Below, piece by piece: positions 1 through 8,100 of a stretch of 17,623 nucleotides of DNA. A program made the position numbers and the translations under genes. The notes below the pieces were generated by a model. It had not been told where the DNA came from, did not search any database, and saw nothing but the letters and a program-made list of their open reading frames with translations. Position 1 is the stretch's first letter. Each line of letters opens with the position of its first letter. The stretch is from a virus: IMG/VR virus record IMGVR_UViG_3300010412_001298; one strand, given 5' to 3'.

Positions 1-22
1 TAATATTGAAATAAAATAAAAC

Positions 23-51
23 TTGACTTTTTTAAAATTATAATATATAAT
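23..51 (+). promoter_or_regulatory. putative sigma70 promoter TTGACT-17-TATAAT
   Basis: TTGACT at 23-28, TATAAT at 46-51, 17 bp spacer. Confidence 0.5.
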
Positions 52-160
52 AACTTTATAACAACTAAATAATAAATAATTTGATGATCATTGTTTTTAA
101 AAAAACAAAAACAAACAAATAAATAATATAACTTAAAAGGTTTTTTTAAATGATCATTAA

Positions 161-334
161 ATATTCAAAACAAGAATTATATTGAAAATATCAATCATAC
201 AACAATTAAAACTTTTTATTTTTGGTAAAACAAGAAGACAACAAACTTGTAAACATCAACAAACAAATCATATTGGTGGTCAAGTACAATGTTGTGATTG
301 TAAATTAAAATGGTCAAAAAAAGGATATTGGTAA
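161..334 (+). other. open frame without ATG encoding a zinc-ribbon-like C-terminus (possible decayed or non-ATG gene)
   Basis: Frame ending TGG TAA at 332-334 reads ...QQTCKHQQTNHIGGQVQCCDCKLKWSKKGYW*, similar to the end of the next ORF (CSHIHYTGIGNYYQCIDCNYKWISGK*). No ATG in frame. Confidence 0.3.
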
Positions 335-586
335 ATGTTACAATTTGATTTAGACCAAATTCTTAAAAAATATTTAAAACAGACATATGAAGAATGTAGA
401 ACAAATATTAAACCATCAATTTCACCACGTCAATTAACAAATATTTTACATGAAATAATGGAATTAGAAAATATAGAATTGATACGTTTAAAAAATAAAA
501 AAGAATGTTCACATATACATTATACAGGAATTGGCAATTATTATCAATGTATAGATTGTAATTATAAATGGATATCAGGTAAATGA
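335..586 (+). CDS. small protein with C-terminal CxH...CxxC putative zinc-binding motif
   Basis: 83 aa ORF; CSHIHYTGIGNYYQCIDCNYKW. Confidence 0.6.
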   Translation: MLQFDLDQILKKYLKQTYEECRTNIKPSISPRQLTNILHEIMELENIELIRLKNKKECSHIHYTGIGNYYQCIDCNYKWISGK

Positions 587-1146
587 TAGAAATATTATCG
601 ATAAAAATATTATTAACTAATAGTTGTGATATTGTTTATATAGAAACAACATATCCAAATCCTATTTATCCATTTGATAAAAATATGGTAATGAAATTTG
701 AATGTGCAAAAGATCATGCTATACCATTCATAGAAAAACATTTTAATGAATTTTCAGATTATGAAATCATCAACACAAGAAAAATACAAAACGTAATGAA
801 ACTTTTAAATATTTCAGATATTATTGAAGGAACAAATTGCATAAGTAAAGAACATGGTAAAAAAGTTTATGATATAATTATAAATAGTTTAAAAGAATAT
901 AATACAATACAATTATCTTTTAAAGGTATTAATGATATAACATCACATTTTTTTAATAATGCTATTGGAAATTTATTAAAATATTATACAAAAGAAGAAT
1001 TAAAAAACAGAATAAAAATTATTGATATTAATAAAAACGATTTGTTTTTATTAAAACGTGTAGTTGATAATTCATTTGAAATTTTCAATAAAAGAGAAAG
1101 CTATGAAAATAACAAAAATACAAATCAGTCAAATAGAAGATTATAA
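583..1146 (+). CDS. hypothetical protein; N-terminus resembles the two small downstream paralogs
   Basis: 187 aa ORF with ATGA-type overlap with the upstream stop. Confidence 0.65.
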   Translation: MIEILSIKILLTNSCDIVYIETTYPNPIYPFDKNMVMKFECAKDHAIPFIEKHFNEFSDYEIINTRKIQNVMKLLNISDIIEGTNCISKEHGKKVYDIIINSLKEYNTIQLSFKGINDITSHFFNNAIGNLLKYYTKEELKNRIKIIDINKNDLFLLKRVVDNSFEIFNKRESYENNKNTNQSNRRL

Positions 1147-1312
1147 TGATGTTGTTTTTCTAATAACAGATATATTAGATCCCAATTGTGAAGAACATAA
1201 TGAAATTTCTAATCAAAAAGAATATTTAGATTTAGAATTTAATTGTCCTGAAGGAACAGCTGAAGATTTTGTTGAAAAACATTGGCCAAATGTAGAAATA
1301 GTATTTATTTAA
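1103..1312 (+). CDS. small acidic hypothetical protein (paralog family)
   Basis: The ORF track starts at 1064. The ATG at 1103 is preceded by GAGAAAG and gives MKITKIQISQIEDYNDVVFLI..., which aligns with the next small ORF. Confidence 0.6.
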   Translation: MKITKIQISQIEDYNDVVFLITDILDPNCEEHNEISNQKEYLDLEFNCPEGTAEDFVEKHWPNVEIVFI

Positions 1313-1319
1313 AAAAAAG

Positions 1320-1347
1320 TTGACATTTTTATTTTTTCATGTATAAT
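1320..1347 (+). promoter_or_regulatory. sigma70 promoter TTGACA-16-TATAAT with ATGTATA-ATAG-TATACAT dyad
   Basis: TTGACA 1320-1325, TATAAT 1342-1347, followed by AGTATACATAC. Confidence 0.85.
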
Positions 1348-1386
1348 AGTATACATACAAACAAACACACAGGAAAAAGAAAGAAA

Positions 1387-1572
1387 ATGCACATTTCAAA
1401 AATCAAAATAATAACACAAGAAGACAAAAACGATATCATTATATTAAAAATGAAATCAGATTTACCGAAAACAAAAATAAAAGATTTCAGATTCACATGG
1501 AATGAAGGAACAGGCAAAGAATTTGCCAAAAACAATTGGCCCGGTGTCAAAATCAAAATACACAAAAAATAA
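1387..1572 (+). CDS. small basic hypothetical protein, paralog of 1103..1312
   Basis: ATG 1387 lies downstream of the promoter and an AGGAAAAAGAAAG SD-like tract. The track start at 1339 would lie inside the promoter. MHISKIKIITQEDKNDIIIL...F.WNEGTGKEFAKNNWPGVKIKI. Confidence 0.6.
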   Translation: MHISKIKIITQEDKNDIIILKMKSDLPKTKIKDFRFTWNEGTGKEFAKNNWPGVKIKIHKK

Positions 1573-1580
1573 AGATTAAA

Positions 1581-1933
1581 GGGGTTGACAGGTTTCGACA
1601 TTTTTTTAAAAATATCATAGCCATATCGAGCAACAGAAAATCTCGTAAATCTATCTGTAAAAAAAATTAGACGCAAACGACGCATCTTACGCTTTGGTAG
1701 CATAACCATTTTTATATAATAATTTTCTTATAGAGTATTATATAAAAAGCAAAAACAAATATAAGATCGCAAAATAATTAGTTCAAAATTATTTGTTAAA
1801 TCCAAAATGAACTCGTATTTTTTAATCGTTTTTATCAGATTATCAAATATTAAATAAAAAAGATAAAATAAATATGTAAAAAGCTATTTTATAAATGAAT
1901 TAATGGATGGGGGTTCGAGTCCCCCCAACTCCA
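1581..1933 (+). ncRNA. ssrA: tmRNA (one-piece)
   Basis: 5' GGGGTTGACAGGTTTCGACA. Acceptor GGGGTTG pairs with CAACTCC including the G3-U pair, T-arm is GGGGG-TTCGAGT-CCCCC, discriminator A, CCA not encoded. The internal tag reading frame fits. Confidence 0.97.
1673..1705 (+). CDS. tmRNA proteolysis tag reading frame, ANDASYALVA
   Basis: GCA AAC GAC GCA TCT TAC GCT TTG GTA GCA TAA, preceded by TTAGAC. Homologous in form to ANDENYALAA. Confidence 0.93.
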   Translation, partial: ANDASYALVA

Positions 1934-1953
1934 AAAATACAAAATAATTCTTT

Positions 1954-1989
1954 ACTGATAAACAAAGGGCTTTGTTTATCAGTTATTTT
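1954..1989 (+). terminator. hairpin terminator of tmRNA
   Basis: ACTGATAAACAAAG GG CTTTGTTTATCAGT (14 bp perfect), then TATTTTATT. Confidence 0.75.
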
Positions 1990-2004
1990 ATTGGAAAAAC
2001 AAAA

Positions 2005-2523
2005 ATGGAAGATATTTATTGGCAAATAAATAAAACAGAATATATTTTATATTATAAAAAACAAAAAATAGGATCAATCATAAAAAACAAACAACAATAT
2101 GAATGGACTTTTTTTTATAATAATATTTTAAAAAATGGAATAGGAATAAAAATAGATAAAATAAAGGAATATTTAGAAAAAACAATACAAAATATACAAA
2201 AAGATTTTTCAGAATATAAAAAAAATATAGAATTAATAATAAATCAATCAATTGAAGAAGAAATTATTCACTATTTAAAAGAAAAAGAAATCAGTATAGA
2301 AGAATTTTATAATCTATACAAAATACCATTAAAAATATTAAAAAAATATAATATAAGAAAAGAAACAATAAATTTCAACATAGAATATGATGAAATAAAT
2401 AAACTAATATATGAAATAACAATCAAAACAGATGATGAAACATTAATAAAAATAAATAATGAATTAGACGAAAAAACTTGTTCACAAAATATATTAATAA
2501 TATACACAAAAGAAAATAAATGA
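2005..2523 (+). CDS. hypothetical protein
   Basis: The track start at 1972 is a TTG inside the tmRNA terminator. ATG 2005 has upstream GGAAAA. Confidence 0.65.
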   Translation: MEDIYWQINKTEYILYYKKQKIGSIIKNKQQYEWTFFYNNILKNGIGIKIDKIKEYLEKTIQNIQKDFSEYKKNIELIINQSIEEEIIHYLKEKEISIEEFYNLYKIPLKILKKYNIRKETINFNIEYDEINKLIYEITIKTDDETLIKINNELDEKTCSQNILIIYTKENK

Positions 2524-2891
2524 ATTCATTAGATTATTACAGTATAATAAAAGGATGGGATGTAGAATTATTTCTAACAAAAGGCATAAGATATTGTACC
2601 ATTTACAAAAAAAATACACAAACATTAAAAGATAGTTTATTAGTAGAATATACAGATGGAACAAGACGATTTGTAAATGGAATATATTTATTCACAGAAA
2701 ATTCTTTAGCAATACAATATATAGAAGAACATAGAAATCGACGAATAAATGAATTAAAATTTGCACAAATTGAATTAAATGCTAAAATAGAAAAAGTAAT
2801 AAAAGATTATTTAAACATCAAAAATGAAAAAATTGTAGGAAATAAAATACAAAAAACAACATTCAGTATAGAAACAACAAAATGGAATTAA
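2520..2891 (+). CDS. hypothetical protein
   Basis: 123 aa ORF, ATGA overlap with the upstream gene. Confidence 0.6.
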   Translation: MNSLDYYSIIKGWDVELFLTKGIRYCTIYKKNTQTLKDSLLVEYTDGTRRFVNGIYLFTENSLAIQYIEEHRNRRINELKFAQIELNAKIEKVIKDYLNIKNEKIVGNKIQKTTFSIETTKWN

Positions 2892-3283
2892 AAATACGAT
2901 TCAAACATATCAAATTAAAAAATCAAATATTAACAATTTGTGTAAATAAAAATTTAGAAAAAATAACATTTGGATGGTGTATAAATCCTGCTGAAAATTG
3001 GATTAGAAAAAAAGCTAATGAACAAGTCAAAATAAATTATAATGAAACACCATTAAATTTTGATATATCTAAAGATGAACCAGTAATAAGTGATTATATT
3101 AATTTAAGAATATTATTAATAATATTTTCAAAAATAATAATAAAAACAAAAAAAGATATATTTATACAACATACAATAAAAAAAATAATAGAAGAAACAA
3201 TAACATTATTAAGTTGTAGAATAATCAAATATCATTATATAGCACAAAATCCTAAAAATGATTTAAGAATATGTTCGAAATAG
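2882..3283 (+). CDS. hypothetical protein
   Basis: 133 aa ORF overlapping its neighbours in operon-like fashion. Confidence 0.6.
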   Translation: MELKIRFKHIKLKNQILTICVNKNLEKITFGWCINPAENWIRKKANEQVKINYNETPLNFDISKDEPVISDYINLRILLIIFSKIIIKTKKDIFIQHTIKKIIEETITLLSCRIIKYHYIAQNPKNDLRICSK

Positions 3284-3978
3284 ATAACAATACACTTATA
3301 AAAACAGCATATATTTATGGAAATATAGGTGTCGCTATTTTTGAACAAAAAGATAATGAACAACAATTATTATTGGAATATGATTTAGAAACAGGAAATG
3401 AAAAACTTAGAAAAATAAATAAAATTGATTTGATGTCATTAATCAATAATGATTCAATTCAAATAAAAAATATCCTATATAAAGAATTAAAAAATAAATT
3501 AATCAAAATATCATATGCTTTTGAAGCATTGAGTTGTTTTTTGAACGGTTTAGATAATGATTTAACAAAAGAAACTCGTTTATATGCAATAGAATTATGT
3601 GAAATATTATGTAAAGAAGATGATACAATAATTGATTTTATTGAAGATCGTTTAATTGGTTATCCGTTAAATGATGATTTATGTTTTAATGATGCAATTT
3701 TAATTAGTAAAAAATCTAAAATTGTACATGAATTATATAATACTATATTTTCATTAAAAAAACTCAATAAAATATTCCATCAATCATTTAATGAAATAAT
3801 GAAAAATTTAAAATACACAGAAACACATAAAAAACGAATATTAAAAGAATTGATAGAAACAGGAATGATTGCCATATTAATAAAACAACAATCACAAATA
3901 AATTATACATTAGATATTTTTCAAATGAAAATAGTTTTTTTAATTAAAGATTTTTTAAACATATTTAAATATAAATAA
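3271..3978 (+). CDS. hypothetical protein
   Basis: 235 aa ORF, 13 nt overlap with the upstream ORF. Confidence 0.7.
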   Translation: MFEIDNNTLIKTAYIYGNIGVAIFEQKDNEQQLLLEYDLETGNEKLRKINKIDLMSLINNDSIQIKNILYKELKNKLIKISYAFEALSCFLNGLDNDLTKETRLYAIELCEILCKEDDTIIDFIEDRLIGYPLNDDLCFNDAILISKKSKIVHELYNTIFSLKKLNKIFHQSFNEIMKNLKYTETHKKRILKELIETGMIAILIKQQSQINYTLDIFQMKIVFLIKDFLNIFKYK

Positions 3979-4029
3979 AAATATATGTAGATATGTTGAA
4001 TAAACATAGACGCATAATATTTTTTTTAT

Positions 4030-4102
4030 GCGAGTATGTTCCAAAGGTATGATAAAATGGCTTCCGACCAATTAGATAGGGGTTCGACTCCCCTTACTCG
4101 CT
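4030..4102 (+). tRNA. tRNA-Gly (anticodon TCC), weak D-arm
   Basis: Acceptor GCGAGTA/TACTCGC 7 bp, T-arm AGGGG-TTCGACT-CCCCT, anticodon loop CTTCCGA with TCC at 4063-4065, U73, no encoded CCA. D-stem has only about 2-3 possible pairs. Confidence 0.75.
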
Positions 4103-4124
4103 CAATATAATATAAAGGAAAAAT

Positions 4125-4178
4125 ATGGATGAAATTACAAATACAAAAGTTACAGGTGGTGAACCAGCAAAAATTTAA
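4125..4178 (+). CDS. 17-aa leader-like ORF MDEITNTKVTGGEPAKI
   Basis: AAAGGAAAAAT-ATG spacing, followed by a terminator. Confidence 0.35.
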   Translation: MDEITNTKVTGGEPAKI

Positions 4179-4199
4179 TTAAAATTAAATATAAAAAAA

Positions 4200-4232
4200 A
4201 ATAAGGGAATATTTATTCCCTTATTTTTTTTT
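4200..4232 (+). terminator. Rho-independent terminator
   Basis: AATAAGGGAATA TT TATTCCCTTATT followed by a T run. Confidence 0.9.
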
Positions 4233-4233
4233 A

Positions 4234-4261
4234 TTGACATTTTTTTAAAAATATGTATAAT
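4234..4261 (+). promoter_or_regulatory. sigma70 promoter TTGACA-16-TATAAT
   Basis: TTGACA 4234-4239, TATAAT 4256-4261, AGTAT follows. Confidence 0.8.
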
Positions 4262-4270
4262 AGTATTATT

Positions 4271-4414
4271 ATGAAACAATTAATAATGGATATCAAACAA
4301 ATAATAAAAATAGATAGAAGAATCAAACAAATAATAAAAATTGGTGGTTCATTGACTATATTTTTCTTCATATTAGCTATTTTAAGTATCATTTTACGTT
4401 ATCTAACACAATGA
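4271..4414 (+). CDS. 47-aa small membrane protein
   Basis: MKQLIMDIKQIIKIDRRIKQIIKIGGSLTIFFFILAILSIILRYLTQ*. One hydrophobic helix, ATGA overlap with the 4411 ORF. Absent from the ORF track. Confidence 0.5.
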   Translation: MKQLIMDIKQIIKIDRRIKQIIKIGGSLTIFFFILAILSIILRYLTQ

Positions 4415-4833
4415 AAAAAACAAAAATCAATTCAGAAATTTTTTCAACCCCATATATATTATCACGATTAAAAAGTATACACTATGAATTAGATAACATA
4501 TATGACATAAGTAAAAGAAAATATTTAAAATGTTTTTTTTCTTTATCTAATCAATCATTAGATGATATGATAAAAAAAATAAAAGAAGAAGATATAATAT
4601 CTATAGATGAAGAAAAAATAAAAATATCATATTTAACAGGACAAATCATAGAAGGATATTCTTTTTTAGGTATACAAAAAAATGAACAAATAGTACAAAG
4701 TCTTATTGAATTACCACAATCAGATTGGGAAAGATTCACTAATTCAAAAACATTTGATATACTTACAACAATCATATCAATCATCATATCAATCATGATT
4801 TTTTGTATGATATTATATATCGTAATACAATAG
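4411..4833 (+). CDS. hypothetical tail-anchored membrane protein (copy A of duplicated tail)
   Basis: 140 aa. C-terminal GIQKNEQIVQS...DWERFTNSKTF...IISIMIFCMILYIVIQ. Confidence 0.65.
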   Translation: MKKTKINSEIFSTPYILSRLKSIHYELDNIYDISKRKYLKCFFSLSNQSLDDMIKKIKEEDIISIDEEKIKISYLTGQIIEGYSFLGIQKNEQIVQSLIELPQSDWERFTNSKTFDILTTIISIIISIMIFCMILYIVIQ

Positions 4834-4854
4834 GAAAGTTATGTTGGAAAAAAA
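4664..4854 (+). repeat. direct repeat copy A (~190 bp, imperfect)
   Basis: Shared with 5115..5301, covering the gene 3' end through the next gene start (aggaaagttatgttggaaaaa). Confidence 0.9.
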
Positions 4855-5281
4855 TACAAAAATTTTTGTCAGAGAATTTGCAGATAGTAAAATAACCAAT
4901 AATGGATATTATGGAACCATTGTAGGTATAGTAACAATAGCTAATCCAATGTCAAATGGTCTTGGTTCTTTCAGTCATAATCAATATATTGTTGAAATAA
5001 CAGATAGAAACAATTCTGATTTATTAGAAAATTATAATTTTGATTATATTGCTGTTTTTGAAAATTTTATAACAATTATACCAGAAAAACAAAATACTAA
5101 TCCGTATGGTACTATTTTAGGTATACAAAAAAATGAACAAATAGTACAAAGTCTTCAACAATCAGATTGGGAAAGATTCACTAATTCAAAAACATTTTAT
5201 ATACTTACAATCATCATATCAATCATCATATCAATAATGATTTTTTGTATGATATTATATTTATATATCGTAATACAATAG
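4841..5281 (+). CDS. hypothetical protein with the same C-terminal membrane anchor (copy B)
   Basis: 146 aa. N-terminus resembles ORF 5289, C-terminus resembles ORF 4411. Confidence 0.65.
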   Translation: MLEKNTKIFVREFADSKITNNGYYGTIVGIVTIANPMSNGLGSFSHNQYIVEITDRNNSDLLENYNFDYIAVFENFITIIPEKQNTNPYGTILGIQKNEQIVQSLQQSDWERFTNSKTFYILTIIISIIISIMIFCMILYLYIVIQ

Positions 5282-5301
5282 GAAAGTTATGTTGGAAAAA
5301 A
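5115..5301 (+). repeat. direct repeat copy B (~190 bp, imperfect)
   Basis: See 4664..4854. Confidence 0.9.
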
Positions 5302-5492
5302 TACCGTATGGTACTATTGTTCATATATATGATGGATATTTAGGAAAAATAGTAGGTATAGCATCAATAGAACAACCACTTATTGGTACACAATATAACA
5401 TTGAAATTGTTGATAAAGAAAAACATCAACAATTTCAAAATTATCCATATAGATGTATTGTAATACCAGAAATATTTATACAAAAATGTTAA
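5289..5492 (+). CDS. small protein, shortened paralog of the 4841 N-terminal domain
   Basis: MLEKIPYGTIVHIYDGYLGKIVGIASIEQPLIGTQYNIEIVD... vs MLEKNTKIFV...GYYGTIVGIVTIANPM...QYIVEITD. Confidence 0.6.
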   Translation: MLEKIPYGTIVHIYDGYLGKIVGIASIEQPLIGTQYNIEIVDKEKHQQFQNYPYRCIVIPEIFIQKC

Positions 5493-6394
5493 TAAAAAAA
5501 GAAAAAATAGAAAATACAATATCAGAATTTGAAAGATATAAATTCAATGATAAAATATTTACATTCACAAATAATCCAACAAATAAAAATGAATTAATAA
5601 TCGCACATAATGAAAATATAACAATATTTGATTTAGAAACAAGTGAAATCAAAAAACAAATAAAAGGTCATAATGAAATAATTTTAACCTTAATATATGA
5701 TAAAAAAGGTAAAAGATTTTTATCAGCAGGCTATGATAAAATAATAAAATTATGGTCAATAAAAAATAATGAAATTGAACTTATTCGTATATATAAAGGA
5801 CATGAAAAATTAATAAAATCTTTAGCATTTTCATCAGATAATAAATATATTTTATCAAGTAGTGCTGATAAAACTATAAAATTATGGTCAACTGAAACAG
5901 GTGAATTAATTCATACTTTTTATGGTCATATGAATTGGGTAATTTCAGCAATTTTTATTAATAATGATAAATTAATTGTTTCAGGAAGTTATGATAATAC
6001 AATAAAAATATGGGATTTTGAAACAAAAAAAATAAATTATACATTTCATGAACATACAGATAGTATAAAAACAATAGATTATAATTCAAATAATAAACTA
6101 TTAATAACAGGTAGTGCAGATAAAACATTAAAAATATGGGATATAGAACACAAAAAACATTTACAAACATATCAATTAAATGATATAGTAAATAATGTTT
6201 GTTTTGATTCATCTGGTCAATTTTTCTTAGGTGCAACTAATAAAGAATATATAAAAATATTTAATGTAAACACAAAAAAAATATATAAAACATTAATAGG
6301 CACAACCAATGAAATAGAAAAAGTAATATTCACTTCAAAAAATATAATATTAGCAAGTGATTTCAGTGGTAATTTATATAAATGGAAAATATAA
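5486..6394 (+). CDS. WD40 repeat protein
   Basis: Repeated GH..x..L.FS..NK.I.SSSADKTIKLW / SGSYDNTIKIWD / TGSADKTLKIWD. The ATG at 5486 is more likely than the track start at 5453. Confidence 0.93.
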   Translation: MLIKKEKIENTISEFERYKFNDKIFTFTNNPTNKNELIIAHNENITIFDLETSEIKKQIKGHNEIILTLIYDKKGKRFLSAGYDKIIKLWSIKNNEIELIRIYKGHEKLIKSLAFSSDNKYILSSSADKTIKLWSTETGELIHTFYGHMNWVISAIFINNDKLIVSGSYDNTIKIWDFETKKINYTFHEHTDSIKTIDYNSNNKLLITGSADKTLKIWDIEHKKHLQTYQLNDIVNNVCFDSSGQFFLGATNKEYIKIFNVNTKKIYKTLIGTTNEIEKVIFTSKNIILASDFSGNLYKWKI

Positions 6395-6780
6395 ATTCAA
6401 TATTATCAGATTTTGATCAACAAAATTTTCAAAAATATTCTGATTTAATTAATATATTAAATCAGAATATTTTTGAAAAGAATAGTATCAATTATAAGGA
6501 TATAATAAAACAATTAATAGAAATTGATAATAAATATGATGGTGGATTATTATGGTATTTAAGAAAATTTTATTACAATGATACATATTTTATTACACAT
6601 TTATTAATACCTTTAGAAAAAAATAAAAAAAAATATCAATGGAAATATGTAGTAATCAAAACATCTGATTATTATCAAGAAACTTTTTTTTATGGTAATG
6701 AATATATAAGAATCAAAAAAATAAATCTATTAAAAAATATAATTCTTTTAATTCTTATAATTGTTCTTATTATAATATAA
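6382..6780 (+). CDS. hypothetical protein with C-terminal transmembrane segment
   Basis: 132 aa ending in KNIILLILIIVLIII. Confidence 0.65.
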   Translation: MENINSILSDFDQQNFQKYSDLINILNQNIFEKNSINYKDIIKQLIEIDNKYDGGLLWYLRKFYYNDTYFITHLLIPLEKNKKKYQWKYVVIKTSDYYQETFFYGNEYIRIKKINLLKNIILLILIIVLIII

Positions 6781-6781
6781 A

Positions 6782-7585
6782 TCAAAAAAGATAACTATTT
6801 ATTTCTTCATATATAAAATCAAATTGTTCAACTGTATAATCTGTGTAATGCATAGTATTAGGATTTTTATGAACTGTAGCACCATCTTCTAATTTTTTAT
6901 TTCTTAAAAATTTAATAACAGAAAGATCATTAATACGATTATATTCAACAGCTAATGTTTTTAAATTTATCAAATTATTAAATGTTGAAATATCAGTAAT
7001 TCTATTATGTGCTAAATTAAGATTTACCAATGTTGGTATAAAACCTAATGGTTTTGCATCTTTTATATTATTATTATTCAAAATCAATGTTCTTAATTGT
7101 TTCAAACCAGTAATATTAGAAATATCTTTAATCACATTAAAAGAAGCATCAATCAATTTCAATGTTTTTATATTACCTAAAACATCAATAGAAGAAAGAT
7201 TATTATAACTAACATCAATAGCCAAAAGTGGTACTTTTAAATTTCTTAAAAAAGTAATTGAATTGAATTTATTATTGCATAAATTCAAATAATTCAAATG
7301 TTTTAATTTATTTAATAATGGTATAATATTAATAAATGAATCTTCATTAATATTACTTTTTTTCAAATTAATACCAACTACATTATTACCATTTGATATA
7401 TAACTCATTTGTGGCATATTTGGATTTTTTACTTTATTATCAAATTTAGTTGATTTAAATATAGTAATACCTAAAGCATGATTTATTTCTTCTATTGTTT
7501 GATTATCTGATGAAAAATCAATATTTGATTTTTCAGATAATAAGGCAGTTATACTATTTTTTATTCTTTCTTTAAATAATGACAT
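6782..7585 (-). CDS. leucine-rich-repeat protein (SDS22/internalin-like repeats)
   Basis: Repeated LKxLxLxxNxIxDIxxLxxLxxLxxLxLxxN. AGGA SD upstream on the minus strand. Confidence 0.9.
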   Translation of the reverse strand: MSLFKERIKNSITALLSEKSNIDFSSDNQTIEEINHALGITIFKSTKFDNKVKNPNMPQMSYISNGNNVVGINLKKSNINEDSFINIIPLLNKLKHLNYLNLCNNKFNSITFLRNLKVPLLAIDVSYNNLSSIDVLGNIKTLKLIDASFNVIKDISNITGLKQLRTLILNNNNIKDAKPLGFIPTLVNLNLAHNRITDISTFNNLINLKTLAVEYNRINDLSVIKFLRNKKLEDGATVHKNPNTMHYTDYTVEQFDFIYEEINSYLF

Positions 7586-7597
7586 TTTTAATTCCTA

Positions 7598-8059
7598 ATG
7601 AAAAAAATTAATGATTTACGCAAAATTTATGATATCAATTGTTTATTCAAACTAAATATGATACCTTGTAATAAAACCCTTAATAATGATTTTTTTAATA
7701 AAACCTCTAATAATGATTATTTTGGTTTCGAACAAGAGTGTTTTTATATGAATGAATACGGTTTTGTTATAGGTATTAATGTTTCTGGTTGTGATATTTT
7801 TAAATTCGATGTTTTTATTGATTATATAAAAAATTTTCAATATTTGACTGATTTATTTTTAGGTAATTTACAAATTAATGATATCACTTCTTTAAAATAT
7901 TTACCTAATTTGAAAATTTTAGATTTACATTTTAATAATATTACTAATATTGAATCGTTGTTATATTTGAAAAATTTGTTTTATCTTAATATTAGCAATA
8001 ATAATATTACTAATTTAGAATTATTAAAAAAATTAACAAGAACTATTATTATATCTTAA
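7598..8059 (+). CDS. short leucine-rich-repeat protein
   Basis: LPNLKILDLHFNNITNIESLLYLKNLFYLNISNNNITNLELL. Confidence 0.75.
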   Translation: MKKINDLRKIYDINCLFKLNMIPCNKTLNNDFFNKTSNNDYFGFEQECFYMNEYGFVIGINVSGCDIFKFDVFIDYIKNFQYLTDLFLGNLQINDITSLKYLPNLKILDLHFNNITNIESLLYLKNLFYLNISNNNITNLELLKKLTRTIIIS

Positions 8060-8100
8060 CGTTCACCAATTGATATATATTATTTATAAAAATAAAAAAA

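Noticed and set aside
1329-1709. 126-aa minus-strand ORF
   Set aside because: Antisense to the 1387 ORF and the tmRNA; low-complexity product of AT-rich complement.
5958-6236. Minus-strand 92-aa ORF within the WD40 gene
   Set aside because: Shadow ORF opposite clear WD40 repeats.
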